A stretch of 64,000 bases of DNA from Octopus sinensis (lineage: Eukaryota). The stretch spans positions 30,008,001 through 30,072,000 of the forward strand of contig NC_043005.1 in NCBI RefSeq assembly GCF_006345805.1, written 5' to 3'. Both the position numbers and the translations under genes were made by a program. The notes beneath the pieces were generated by a model. The model saw only the letters and a list, made by a program, of their open reading frames with translations. It ran no database searches and was not told where the DNA came from. Positions 28,216-42,239 of this stretch are shown in pieces (within the stretch, counting starts at the first letter, position 1; every line of letters begins with the position of its first letter).

Positions 28216-28616
28216 CTTTAGGTAAAAAAAAAATACAGGAGGATCAGTTAATTATGATTTTATTCAATATGTTCCCCTCTCAGATTCACACACTTCGTTT
28301 TCCTAAAACCTGTAAAAGAACTTGGAAGATTGCATCTCCAGGTAGGTATTTCATGATACCCTGAAAACCAGGAATTTATCATCATCCCCTCATATATATA
28401 AATATATATAGATCGTTAGCCACTACACACATGTTTTTCTCTCCTTGTTTTTCTGTGTCCCTTTCTGTAGAAGAGCGTAAGCTCGAAACGTAAAAGACTT
28501 TTTCTATTCCTGAGCATTATACTAATACATCTGTTTGTTTTGTACACCACCTGTCTTCGTCTTTTGTTTTTTCATAAATTCTCCCTATATATATATATAC
28601 ATATATATATATTTAA

Positions 28617-28654
<38 letters not shown>

Positions 28655-29096
28655 TGGGTCTCTTTCAGTTTCCATCTACCAAATCCACTCAATGTTTTGG
28701 TTGGCCTGAAGCTATACTGAAGGTACCATGTAGTGGGACTGAACCTGGAAAACAACCATTTTACCACACCCACGCCAGTGGTCAGGCACATACAGACATA
28801 TATACATATGTATATACATATACACACACACATACACACACACACATATATATAATCATTATTTTTATTTCCAGTTGGCATGGTTTAGAGAGATCTCTTT
28901 TCACTCAAGTCTCGCTATTTTGTAACAATCCTTTGTCAATCCTTTGAGAAATTCACATACTTGAAAGCATCCCTACACATTTTTTACCCCTTCTTCAACC
29001 TTTTTTCCTTTCACAGTCTCACTTTGTACCATTTAATACTTTGTACCCAAACTATCATCCTTCATTTGTATTCAATAACCCTACCAATATAATCCT

Positions 29097-29153
<57 letters not shown>

Positions 29154-30622
29154 CCAATTTTCCTTCTCTCAGGTTAATTGTAGTTTATCTTCCATCCACT
29201 CTCACTCTCACTCTACACATCCAGCTTGCTTCGTTTCCATCAATCCCTTACACATCCCCCACATTTAGTCCACACATCATACAACCATGTAATAATCCCA
29301 TTTATGTTTTTGATCTTTTGCTCGATCAGTGGTCATGCTACAGCACCACTTCAAAAGGTTTAGTGAAACAAATTAATCCCAGAACTTCTTTTTCAATTCG
29401 GGTATTTTTATCTATCAGTCTCTTTTGCCAACCACTAAGTTATGAGGATATAGACAAACCAACACTAGTTGGCAAGTATTGATTGTGAGATAAACATAAA
29501 CATTATATATTTAGTCTCCCTGTTCCAGCTTTAGCCACAAGGCATGGATCGGTTCAATGCTATAGCAAAAGACACTTGCCCAAGGTGCCGCGCAGTGGGA
29601 CAGAACCCGAAACCACTGATTTGCAAAGCGAGCTTCTTCACGGAATCAAGAATAGCAAAACACCGAGTTATTGTGGGAGGGGAGGAATTACTTAGCAAAG
29701 GTACGTCACTCTGAACGTTTCAAAGAGAGGTTATCTCCCTTATCCTTTACCCTAATATATATAATATATATAAATATAATATATATACCCACATGCACTC
29801 TCTCTCTCTATATATATATATATGTATACACACATACACATACTACATACATATATATATATACACGCACACACTATATATATATACACACACACATACT
29901 ATATGTGTGGTTGTGTGTGTGTGTAGTGTGATGATTTATTATAGATTAATTATTATATATTTCTTTACTACCCACAAGGGGCTAAACACAGAGGGGACAA
30001 ACAAGGACAGACAAAGGATTAAGTCGATTATATCGAGCCCAGTGCGTAACTGGTACTTAATTTATCGACCCCGAAAGGATGAAAGGCAAAGTCAACCTCG
30101 GCGGAATTCGAACTCAGAATGTAACAACAGACGAAATATGGCTACGCATTTCAGCCGGCGTGCTAACGTGTCTGATTAATTATTATAGTGTTACAATGTT
30201 GAAGGTTAACCTAATCAGAGTTGCGAATGCGATTTATTTAGATTATAAGGTGGTGAACTGGCAGAAACGTTAGCATGCCGGGCAAAATGCTTAGCGGTAT
30301 TTTGTCTATCTTTATGTTCTGGGCAAGTGTCTTCTACTATAGCTTCAGGCCGACCAAAGCCTTGTGAGTGGATTTGGTAGACAGAAACTGAAAGAAGCCT
30401 GTCGTATATATGTATGCGTTTGTGTATCTGTGTTTGTACCCACCAACATCGCTTGACAACCGATGCTGGTGTGTTTATGTCCCTGTAACTTTGCAGTTCG
30501 GCAAAAGAGACCGATAGAATAAGTACTAGGTTGACAAAGAGTAAATCCTGGGGTAGATTTGTTCAACTAAAGGCGTTGCTCCATCATGGCCTCAGTCAAA
30601 TGACTGAAAAGAATAAAAGAAT

Positions 30623-30722
<100 letters not shown>

Positions 30723-31119
30723 CAGAAACTGGAAATGTTGAAGTATTTTCCATTCTTCTTACTAATACATCTGCTATTTTTTCCTTTGCCTGTCTTTGTC
30801 TTTTGTTCTCTGTAAATTTGAACTATATATATATATATATATATAAACACATACATGTGTACTTACCAATGTACAAAAAAAGGACTGACCTTTTGACCAC
30901 TTGGCTTTCCATCACTATACCAACTGAGCCCTTTTCACCCTATTACGACTAAAATTCCCATGATTCCTCTGGTAACTAACTCTGTCCCTTCTAAAAATTA
31001 ACCTCCCCTCCCTTAGGACTAAATGACCTCCTACCTCCTCTCTACTTGACTTGGTTACATTTTGAAATTTTGATGTAGTTTGTTTTATTTTTATCTTATT
31101 TCAAATGTTTAATATTTAC

Positions 31120-31539
31120 ATAACATAGCTGTTGCTGATGTTGTTGTTGAGGTTTCTTCTGATATTGTTGTTGCTGTTACTGAAGAGAAACGAGACGACA
31201 ACTGACTCTTTAACACCTCACAAGTTTTGTCATATTTCTGAGCAAGAGAGTTTCCTCTTGCCTCAGTATCCCTGGCTTATAACAAATGATACCAAGGTTT
31301 TCTGGGAGACGTTCCCTATCATAGATTTCTATCTTATCCAGGAGGGGATTCAACACTTATCTAGACATTGTTACAGAAACTGGAGTTAAATACCAGCCTG
31401 TAAACCCTTGTGGCAGTTCTTCAAAGAATTTACAAATTTTTAATTCTTGATATTTGTTGAATATTGTTGTTGTTGTTGTTGTTTTGGTTGTTACATCTTT
31501 CTCCAAATATTTGGTCATTGGTATATTTTGTTTAGCCCC
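31120..31539 (-). pseudogene. Large exon with in-frame TAA and frameshift
   Basis: GAKQNIPMTKYLEKDV...LTPVSVTMSR*VLNPLLDKIEIYDRERLPENLGIICYKPG[fs]DTEARGNSLAQKYDKTCEVLKSQLSSRFSSVTATTISEETSTTTSATAML. TAA at 31357-31359; 1 nt missing near the G3 run at 31270-31272; acceptor reads tttttg rather than tttttag. Confidence 0.55.
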
Positions 31540-31676
31540 CAAAAATAGTCACAACAAAAAGCATAACAAAAAAAATTAAAATTACAAACCCTTTGCAGAA
31601 TTGTTTCCCAAGAATTGTTGTTGCAATTTTACTGGTTGCTAATGGCCAAAACCAATATATCTAGCTTTTATCATAC

Positions 31677-31700
31677 CTGAAATATCTGATACACTTTATT
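31677..31700 (-). pseudogene. 24-nt microexon NKVYQIFQ
   Basis: ttcgtctttatttcaattccag|AATAAAGTGTATCAGATATTTCAG|gtatga; phase 0 to 0. Confidence 0.7.
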
Positions 31701-31773
31701 CTGGAATTGAAATAAAGACGAAAATAATAATAAATAAAATCAACTGCACTGTGGTATCTTCATCCATATGAAA

Positions 31774-32260
31774 GCATCTAAAATTGTTTCAAGCTACCTG
31801 AAGCTGTGTTAAGATATTTTCATATGAATTAAGGCATCTGACATGGGGCACACAGTACACCTGTACAGGTAATGTTGATTTGATGGAGGGAGTGAACATT
31901 TGATCACTATAAACAAATCACCTGTGCAGGTTGTTCTGCAATTGGCTCATTGCAATCATGAGTTACTAATTTATGGAACTTTCATCTGTCATAAATGACA
32001 GATGAGAGTTCACCACTTAAACATCTAAAGTTGCTGCAAGGTACTTGGAGATGTATTTCAGTATCTTCATTGGTACTAAGACATCTAAAATTATTACAAG
32101 GTACTTGGAGTTCTGTTAAGATATATCTTTCTGTGCTAAGACATCTGAAATTGTTTCAAAACACCTGAATCTTTGATTTAAGATATGAAGTTACTTCAAG
32201 GTACCTTAGAGCTCGATTGAGGTAAATAGAAAAGGATTAAGGTACCTAATGCTGTGTAAA
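31774..32260. repeat. Degenerate 60-bp minisatellite
   Basis: Units start acatcta/gaa at 32021, 32081 and 32141 (exact 60-bp period); a detached unit at 31774 is separated by a SINE fragment. Confidence 0.7.
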
Positions 32261-32321
32261 TAGAATCATGCAAATACAATTTTAAAATGTGTTGCTATGG
32301 TTTTAAAAGAAATAGAGTTAC

Positions 32322-32379
32322 ATTAAAGAGTGGCATCAAAGCAGCAACAACTATGTCTTCAGACAGTTCTTGGAAGACT
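32322..32379 (-). pseudogene. Exon (R)VFQELSEDIVVAALMPLFN
   Basis: ttttatttttgttccag|A...AAT|gtaact; 58 nt, phase 2 to 0. Confidence 0.7.
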
Positions 32380-32619
32380 CTGGAACAAAAATAAAACTGG
32401 TAACAGTTTACTGCAATTTACCGCAATCTGAATTATTTCATTATGGTGTTACCTTGACAGAAACAAGAGTGACAGACAAAATTCGTTGCAGTATTTAGTT
32501 ACATTCTGGGATCAAATCCCACTGAGGTTGGCTTGACTTACACATTTCTGGGTTTGATATTAGAACTCATTAAATATTGAGGTCAATAAAATCTGCTGTT
32601 CCTTCCCTTGAAATATGTT

Positions 32620-33277
32620 ACTTTGGTGCCTATGTAAGAAATAACGATATAAGAAGTATATCATGTACATTGTTTTGTCTTGGTATAAAAGATGGGCTAC
32701 AGCAAATATTCTGCTCAATACCACAGATTTGCTTGTCACTTGTTTGACTTTAACCAGTTGAGCATGTCCCTTAGTGGCTGACGATATGTGCATCTCTGAT
32801 CACGAGCAGAAGTAGTTGGGGAGCATCATAGCCATATGTTGAGATAGATTTTTTGGGGTTTGAATAATTCACCTCTGGAAACATGGGTGTTTCGTTCAAC
32901 ACCCTTAAACAACCCTTATTCAGGGACCTTTCGAGTGGGATGGGTTACTCGACCTGAAGAAAATTCTAACTGGGCCCCACCTGCAAGGTCATGTGCTGTT
33001 TATTTTGATATGGGATCACCATGCCGCGCACATATGGTTGTGATGCATGTGCCTAGTGTACCCTTATCAGACGGGTAGTCATGATGGGTATACTGGGCTT
33101 CGTATATTTTACCCCAGTGTCACTTTGATGGCATGCACTGCTCTCTCACTCAATAATAATAATAATAATAATAGGTATACACTTATCAGATGGGTAGTCA
33201 TGATGGGTATACTGGGCTTCGTATATTTTACCCCAGTGTCACTTTGATGGCATACACTGCTCTCTCACTCAATTATA

Positions 33278-33331
<54 letters not shown>

Positions 33332-33533
33332 TAGACACAAGGCCTGCAATTTTTAAAAGGGTTACTGAATATTGTCAAGCCTAGTAACTGAGTGTTTCTT
33401 AATTTTATCAAACCTGGAAGGATGAACGACAAAGTTGACCAATGGTGAAATTTGAACCCAGATTGTGAAAAGCCACAGAACAAATAGTATTTTTCTCCAA
33501 TGTTCCAACTTTTCTGCCAGCTTATGCTTAATA

Positions 33534-33605
<72 letters not shown>

Positions 33606-34159
33606 GCCCTGATGCAGTACCAAGCAGTGGCTCTCATGGCTTCTGATCTTAACTGATTGGAAGTGTTATCATGTACATTGTTTTGTCTTGGTATAAAAGA
33701 TGGGCTACAGCAAATATTCTGCTCAATACCACAGATTTGCTTGTCAGTTGTTTGACCTTAACCAGTTGACCATGTCCCTTAGTGGCTGACGATATGTGCA
33801 TCTCTGATCACGAGCAGAAGTAGTGGGGGAGCATCATGGCCATGTGTTGAGAGGGATTCTTTGGAGTTTGAATGGTTCACCTCTGGAAACATAGGTGTTT
33901 CGTTCAACATCCTAAAGCAACCCTTATTCAGGGACCGTTTGAGCAGGATGGGCTACTCAACCTGAAGAAAATTCTAACTGGGCCCCACCTGCAAGGTCAT
34001 GTGCTGTTTATCTTGATATGAGATCACCATGTCGCGCACATATGGTTGTGATGCATGTGCCTGGTGTACCTTTATCAGACGGGTAGTCATGATGGGTATA
34101 TTGGGCTTCGTATATTTTACCCCAGTGTCACTTTGATGGCATGAACTGCTCTCTCACTC

Positions 34160-34190
<31 letters not shown>
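32620..34190 (+). mobile_element. Two copies of an about 570-bp (AAT)n-tailed non-autonomous repeat plus a duplicated 3' end
   Basis: 32620-33170 and 33600-34190 are near-identical; 33175-33275 repeats the last about 100 bp; each ends ctctctcactc(aat)n. Confidence 0.85.
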
Positions 34191-34192
<2 letters not shown>

Positions 34193-34478
34193 TGTTTCTA
34201 AGTTAGGGTCAAGGCCAGCAGTTTTGAAAGGGGAGTGGTAATTGTGATACTATTGGCCCCAGTTCATGACTGGCATTATATCTTTTCTACTCGCAAAAGA
34301 ATTAAGGATTCCTTTCATATTTTGGGAGTTGGAAACATAAAATACCACTCAGTTATTGCAGTGATCATTCGCTAATTCCCTCTCCTAAAAATTTCTGCCC
34401 TTTTTCCTATAACATTATTTATTATTACTATTATTATTATTTTTATTATCATTGTTATTATTATTATTGTTATTGTAG

Positions 34479-34530
<52 letters not shown>

Positions 34531-34561
34531 GTTGATGTTGTTGTTGTTGTAGGCACTGTAC

Positions 34562-34674
34562 CTTGCAAGTTGTGAATTCAGTTTCAATTCCCAGCTAAAT
34601 CCATTTGTTCTCACCAATATCCTTAGGACAGGGATGAATGCCTCAACATGCTGCTTTCTTTCCCCGTCTTTTGC
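34562..34674 (-). pseudogene. Minus-strand gene exon AKDGERKQHVEAFIPVLRILVRTNGFSWELKLNSQLA(R)
   Basis: tatatag|GCA...GCAAG|gtacag; 113 nt, phase 0 to 2. Confidence 0.65.
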
Positions 34675-35793
34675 CTATATATATATCGTTATCATTGTTT
34701 TCCTCATCATTATCATCACCATCACCATCACCATTAATATTGTTGCTATTATCATTATTCTTAGCAGTAGTAGTTGTAGTAGTTGTAGTGGTATAATTAT
34801 TGCAGTGGTTTGATAGAGCAACTATAAATTCTCCACAAACAGAATGGTGGGCTTGGTTTCAATTCTCAACTGGAGTAGCTCCAAGGATGATTATATAGCA
34901 TCACTGTAATTAATGAAAGCCAAAGAATCCTCATGTTTTGTTTCTTATCTGTCCAGGGCCTTGTACCTCTATAACAATTTGCTATTGTTGTTGTTGTTGT
35001 TATTATTATTAATATTATTATTATCATTATCCTATTATTACTATTATCGTTATTATTATTTCTGTTGTTGTTGATGATGTTGAAAATCAATTAATGTAAA
35101 GCTCAATTCCAAAGTGAATAAAGGTACCCAACTCTTTGATCCTCCAGATCATGAGTTCTCATCATACAGCAGGTACTGTATTGAGTCCTTGGACAAAATG
35201 TCTTAACTCCGTTTGCCTAAGATTTCATTTCTAATCACGAAATCACTTAATCAAGTTATATTATTTATCTAATTATTTAAATTCCAATGAAAAAAAAAAA
35301 GCAAGCAAACAAAAATTTTGTCATCATTATCATAATTAAAAACAATATTATTAACATCTTTTGTTAATGAGTCAAATATTTTTATGGTTATTTTTATCAA
35401 CAGTTAAGTAAAAGCTTTCAACAAAACCACGTATTTCGAAAGTAATCCAGGTGAAACCCTTAAGCAATGCTTCCCAAATGTGATCCAATGATTTATATGA
35501 GAGTGAAACCCTTGCCCCAGGTTTAGTACTGTGCACTGTATCTACTCTGCCCTAATTTCATCTAAATTCTGTATTTCTATGGCAACTTAACGTTTATAAA
35601 TCTATTGTTACGGTTTCTATGGTTTCTCACTTTTACTTGAATTAAACATAATTTACAAACTTCTGCCTCAGCTTTCATAAAACTTATTTTTACATGTAAT
35701 ATGTATATATGTGTCTGTATATTTGTACGTAATATGTATGTATGCATGTATGTATGTTTGCATGTATATGTATGTGTGTGTGTGTGCTATATA

Positions 35794-35851
<58 letters not shown>

Positions 35852-36013
35852 AATTAGTAAATAAATGGCACAACTAAGTACCGATATTTACTGGAAATAG
35901 CGAACGTAAAAATACGACGCTAATGTGTAGCTTCACCGCGTATGTATTAGCAAAAATGTGTGTGTGCAACAAATTAGAGAAAAAAACCGTCTTACCTCAG
36001 GTATTGCATACTG

Positions 36014-36064
<51 letters not shown>

Positions 36065-37730
36065 TATTTATATCATCCATCATTTTAAATCCAGGTTTTG
36101 TCCCCATTAACAGTGGTGGCCGGATCTATTTCAATGCCATAGCAACCGCCCTCACACCATCTTGCCATCTTGTCCAGTTTTGAGCATCCTCCCTTCTCAA
36201 GCCAACCCTCCCAATCTCCTCCTCCATCTGTCCCCTCCACATTTTCCTTAATCTACCTTACTTTTGCTGTCCATTTACCTCAAATTCTAGCACCCTCTTC
36301 AAAACATGCTCTTCATCCCTCCTCAACACATGCCCATACCACCGCACTCCATTCTCCTTGCCAGCCATTCCACTGATTCCTCCAACCCCAGCATCCCCAT
36401 CAAGTCCTCAGTCCTCCTCTTATCAAACAGCCTCACACCACAGATTTCTCTCACCATTGCTCTCTCGGTCCTTCTCAAAATTGCCATCTTTCTCTCCCTC
36501 AAACACCATGTCTCACTCTTGTACAACATTGCAGCTCTCACACAACTCCTATAGACCTTTCCTTTCATCTTCCCAAATAATAATTCTCCACATTCCCTGA
36601 ACTTCACCCAGCCAAGTCTCATTCTTGCTGTCACATCCACCACTTACATCCACCCTATCTCCCAAAATAACAAAACCCTCTCATCATCTCTACCTCATCA
36701 CATAGTGTTTCGACTGACTTCGCCAGCCCTCCAGCTCCTTTCTCACATCTTCCACAAATAAATTCTCTTGCCAATCTTGGGGTCACCTTCCTCATTTACG
36801 TACATCTACCATGAATCCATTTCTCACATCTTGTACACAACACCGCATTTGCCTTTACCCTCCTCCCACATACACCATTTGGATCCACTCCTTTGTCTTC
36901 CCGAGGTTTACCTTCAATGCTTGCTTTCAAATGCCTCCTTCCATTTCCAGGACTTCTCCCTCAATCCCTCCATCATCTCACTTATCAGAACAAGGTCATC
37001 CACATACACTATCTCCATTATCAATCCCTCTCTTGCACTTTCCATCACCACATCAACCACTATTGCAAATAACAATGGTGATAACACAGACCCCTGATGC
37101 ACACCAACTTTCACTGCAAACTCCTCCGACAGCTCTGATCCAATTTTCACTCTTGTCTTTACCCCTTCATACAAACTCATCACTGCCCTCACTATTACAC
37201 CCCTCTTCCTCAATGCCCACTCAATCACCTTCCTTAGAACCCTATCAAATACTTTCTCCAGATCAACGAAGCACATGTACAACTCTTTCTCCTTATTTTG
37301 GTATTCCTCTTGCAATCTCTTTACAATGAACACTGCATCTATTGTCCCCCTTCCTGGCATAAAACCAAATTGCATCTCATCCACATCCTTCTGAATTCTT
37401 CTCTCCAACACCCTTTCCACTATCTTCATTGCATGCTCCAATAACTTCACTCCTCTATACACCCCACAACTCATCACATCCCCCTTTCCCTGAAGATCGG
37501 TACCACCACACTTAGTACCCAATCATCTGGCATTCCTCTTCCATCCAGCACACCCTGGCAGAACTCCATCAACACAACAGACCCTATCTTTCCACTTGCA
37601 GTTATCACTTCCACACTTACTTCTGATGGATCAGCTGCCTTTCCTGTTTTCATTCCCTTCATTGCCTCCACTACTTCTTCCTGACTAACCCTCTCCACTG
37701 GCCCCTTCACCACAACAACTTCCATCCTCT
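36065..37730 (-). mobile_element. RTE-clade LINE (different subfamily), 5'-truncated
   Basis: RT motifs YRGVKLLEHAMK, QFGFMPGRGT, FVDLEKVFDRV, HQGSVLSPLLF, YVDDL; RTE-like 3' end atccggccaccactgttaatggggacaaaacc, then (TA)n. Confidence 0.9.
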
Positions 37731-37754
37731 GATGCTATCCTTTCTATGATGCTA

Positions 37755-40475
37755 TGGAGAAGAAGGATCTGGAAGCTTAAAGATCCTGCGAATGGACAGA
37801 GACTTAGGGACATATTACTTGAAGCCTTTGACAAAGTCGAAGGGGATATAGCTTCACACGATGTGGAAGACAACTGGAGGTCTGTAAGGGACAACCTGCT
37901 GAGAGCCATGGACCAGATCTGTGGCTGGTGCAAAGTCCCCTCTCGACCCAAAATAATGTGGTAGTGGAACAAGGTTGTAGACAGGGCTATTAGAGAAAAG
38001 AGACAGGCTTGGAGGGACTGGAAAAATGGTGGTAGCAGGGAATTGTATCAGACTACCAAAAGAGAAGCTAGGAGACAGGTTTATTTAGCCAGAGGGGAAA
38101 CAGATAAGAAAAAATTTGCCAATGTTCTGCGCCATGAGGACCAAAGACTTGAGGTATTCCGTGTTGCAAGACAGTGTGTGAGAGAGAATCGTGATGTGGT
38201 AGGAGAGAAATGTGTTCGCATGGATGATAGTTCACTTGCACTAAATGAGGATGCAAAGAGAGAGGTTTGGAGACATCATTATGAGAGGCTGCTAAATAAG
38301 GAAAATGAATGGGATAAAGAGAGTCTGCCGAATGTCGACCCAACAGAGGGACCAGCTATCTGAGTTGACAGTTCCTTAGTAGTTAAGGCAATTAGTAGCA
38401 TGAAGACAGGGAAAGCCCCAGGCCCATCAGGAATTATTGCAGAGATGCTTAAAATATCTGGTAGTATCAGCTATAGCCTAGTCACCCGTATAGTTAACCA
38501 GGTGATACACGAAGGAGTCATACCCAATGACTGGTGTAGCAGCATAATAGTCAACTGCTACAAAGGTAAGGGTGGCGCTTTAGATACAAATAATTACAGA
38601 GGTATCAAGCTGTTGAATCAGGTAATGAAGGTTACGGAGAGAGTCATAGCTTGGGAGAGAGTCAGCTTGGATGAGATGCAGTTTGGTTTCATGCCAGGAA
38701 AAAGCACCACTGATGCCATATTTCTGGTGAGACAGCTGCAGGAGAAATACCTAGCCAAGGATAAGCCCCTGTACCTGGCTTTCGTTGACATGGAGAAAGC
38801 CTTTGACAGGGTCCCCCGATCCTTTATCTGGTGGTCAATGAGGAAACTAGGGATAGATGAATGGTTAGTGAGAGCTGTGCAAGCCATGTACAGAGACACT
38901 GTAAGTAAGGTGAGGGTTGGCAACAAGTACACTAAAGAATTCAAAGTAGAGGTAGGGGTCCACCAAGGTTCAGTCCTCAGCCCCCTCCTATTTATCATAG
39001 TCCTCCAGGCAATAACGGAGGAATTCAAGACAGGATGCCCCTGGGAGCTCCTATATGCTGATGACCTTGCTCTAATTGCTGAGTCACTATCAGAACTAGA
39101 GGCAAAGTTTCAAGTGTGGAGACAAGGATTAGAATCGAAGTGCCTTAAAATCAACCTAGCTAAAACCAAAGTCTTAATATGTAGGAAGGCAGGCAAATCA
39201 CAAATGCCTTCAGGTAGATGGCCCTGCTCGATCTGTAGAAAAGGCGTAGGTAGAAACTCTATAAGATGCACCCAGTGTTAGCTATGGACACATAAGAGGT
39301 GCAGCAATGTCAAAGGAAGGCTAACTGGGAAGATAGTTTTTGTATGTGGCAGATGCTCAGGAGCAATAAACACTGAAAATCCTCAGAGACCAACTTCCGC
39401 CACATTCCAGGGAGAAAAACTAGAAGTAGTTGATAGCTTCCATTACCTAGGTGACCAAGTCAGTAGCGGGGGCGAGTGTGCTGAAAGTGTAACTGCTAGA
39501 GTAAGAATAGCCTGGTCAAAGTTCAGAGAGCTCTTACCTCTGCTGGTGACAAAAGGCCTCTCGCTCAGAACAAAAGGTAGACTGTATGACGCATGTGTAC
39601 GAACAGCCATGCTACATGGCAGTGAAACATGGGCCGTGACTGCTGAGGATATGCGTAAGCTCACAAGAAATGAAGCCAGTATGCTCCGATGGATGTGTAA
39701 TGTCAGTGTTCATACTCGACAGAGTGTAAGTACCTTGAGAGAAAAGTTGGACCTAAGAAGCATCAGTTGTGGTGTGCAAGAGAGACGTTTGTGCTGGTAT
39801 GGTCATATAGCGAGAATGGATGAAGATAGTTGTGTGAAAAAGTGCCACACCCTGGCGGTTGAGGGAACCTGTGAAAGAGGTAGACCCAGGAAAACCTGGG
39901 ACGAGGTGGTGAAGAACGACCTTTGAACTTTAGGTCTCACCGAGGAAATGACCAGAGACCGAGACCTTTGGAAGTATGCTGTGCGTGAGAAGACCATAAC
40001 CCGTGGCCTCTACCTGGGACGTAGCCAGCCCACTTATGCATACCGTTCCTTCTTGTGACACAAACCCTACTTGTGAAGACCTGTTGAGGTAAGTGAAAAT
40101 CAAAATCGAAATCGGAATCTTTCAACATCAATGGAAATTGTAGCTGAGATACCAGTGCCGATGGCACGTAAGAGAACTGTCCGAACGTGGCCGTTGCCAG
40201 TGCCGCCCCGACTGGCCTCCATACTGGTGGCACGTAAAAAGCACCATCCGATCGTGGCCATTTGCCAGCCTCGTCTGGCACCTGTGCAGGTAGCACATAA
40301 AAAGCACCCACTACACTCTCGGAGTGGTTGGCGTTAGGAAGGGCACCCAGCTGTAGAAACACTGCCAGATCAGACTGGGCCTGGTGCAGCCTCCTGGCTT
40401 CCCAGACCCCAGTTGAACCGTCCAACCCATGCTAGCATGGAAAACGGACGTTAAACGATGATGATGATGATGATG
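37755..40475 (+). mobile_element. RTE-clade LINE, 5'-truncated, with long structured 3'UTR and (GAT)n tail (copy 2)
   Basis: 293-aa RT ORF 38400-39281 (QFGFMPGKSTTDA, LLYADDL, C-terminal CSIC..C), then GRPRKTWDEVV; 3'UTR with 60-nt units ending aaacggacgttaaac(gat)n. Confidence 0.95.
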
Positions 40476-40563
40476 TATGTATGTATATAAATAAATATAT
40501 ACACACACTTTATATATATATACATATATATTCATATATATAAAAGTATATACACACTTTATA

Positions 40564-40594
<31 letters not shown>

Positions 40595-40645
40595 ATAATA
40601 TATATATATAATATATATATATATAATATATAATATATATATATA

Positions 40646-40687
<42 letters not shown>

Positions 40688-41291
40688 TATATATAGAACT
40701 AGAACTCGACTCCATCGGTCACAAATGACCATGGGTGCACCTGTGAGGTTCCCCTCTGGGGTATAAGTCTGGGTAGAAAGTCACCTCACCAGCAAACACA
40801 CAACCTAGGATTATTTTTATGGAAGACCAGCAGTCACCCATGCACACCAGACTCCCTTCTCCACGCCACTGATGTTATCCAAGGGAAAGGCAAAGGGGCC
40901 AATACAGCTTGGCACCAGTGATGTCATAACTCATTTCTGCAGCTGAATAAACTGGAGCAACATGAAATAAAGTATCTTGCTCAAGAACACAACACGCAGT
41001 CTGGTCTGGGAATCAAACTCACAACCTCATGATCTTGAGCTCGATGCTCTAGTCACTGAGCCATGCACCTTCATACACACACACACACACACCCTCTCTC
41101 TCTCTCTTTCGGAGAGGCACAAGCACCTACACGCACATGTACACACACGGCAGTAACTTCTGCCTGCCGAATTCAATCACAAAGCTTCGGTCGGCTCGGG
41201 GCTATAGCAGAAGACACCTACCCAAAGTGCACGCAGTGGGACTGAACCCGAAACCATGTAGCTAGGAAGCAAGCTCCCTAACCACATATAT

Positions 41292-41324
<33 letters not shown>

Positions 41325-42239
41325 CAAATAAAATCAAAAACAGAACACAAAGGATATCGCGGTACACGTGTTTCAAGCTTTATAAATGACCACTTTCTTA
41401 CATCAGTGTATAATTGATATAAAAGATGCTTTAAAGCTCCCTTCAGCCGCAAACATTGTTATTCCAAAGAGTTACATCACACTATAAAAAATATGAAAAG
41501 TACATGTTGTATTACCCATTATAATAGGTATATCATATATCCCTGAGAAAGTGCATTTGTAAAATTTCGTAACTGTATAAAGATTCATTGGATTTCGAAA
41601 ATCACGTGCTTCTTGGTGACCCTGCAGGAAAGCATGAACTGTATATATATATATATATATACACACACACAGTCTATATACACTTTATATATGTATAATT
41701 TACACTCGTGAAGCAGTTCATGTTAGGAAGGGCATCAAGCTGAAGAAACCAAACCAAATAAGGTTGGAACCTGGTACAGCTATCTGGCTTACCAGTTCTA
41801 GTCAAACTGTGTAACCCATGCCGACATGGAAAACAGACATCAGACGACAACGACGACCTGTTGCAAAACACAGCCTCCTAACACCAACATGTAGCCAACA
41901 ACAAAGTTAGCAACAGGGGAACTGCAGACCAGCCCAGTAAGCCAACTTGGCCAGAGAAGTACGTGTAATGTGGAATGTAGTCTTCATCATCCAACTTCAA
42001 ACCGACTGACCTCTGCCTTTTATACTCACGCACCAATCCTCCAAACAGTCACATGCCTTTGTAACATTTTCTTTTATGTTGTGCTGTGTCACCCACCAAA
42101 CTCCCACTTCTTTTGCCAACATGTTAATTGTCCATCTCAGCCATGAGATGGACAATTAGATATAATGTATACGTGATCGATGCCAGGCCTGCTTGACTAG
42201 CTCCTGTGCTGGTGGCATGTAAAAAGCACCCACTATGAC

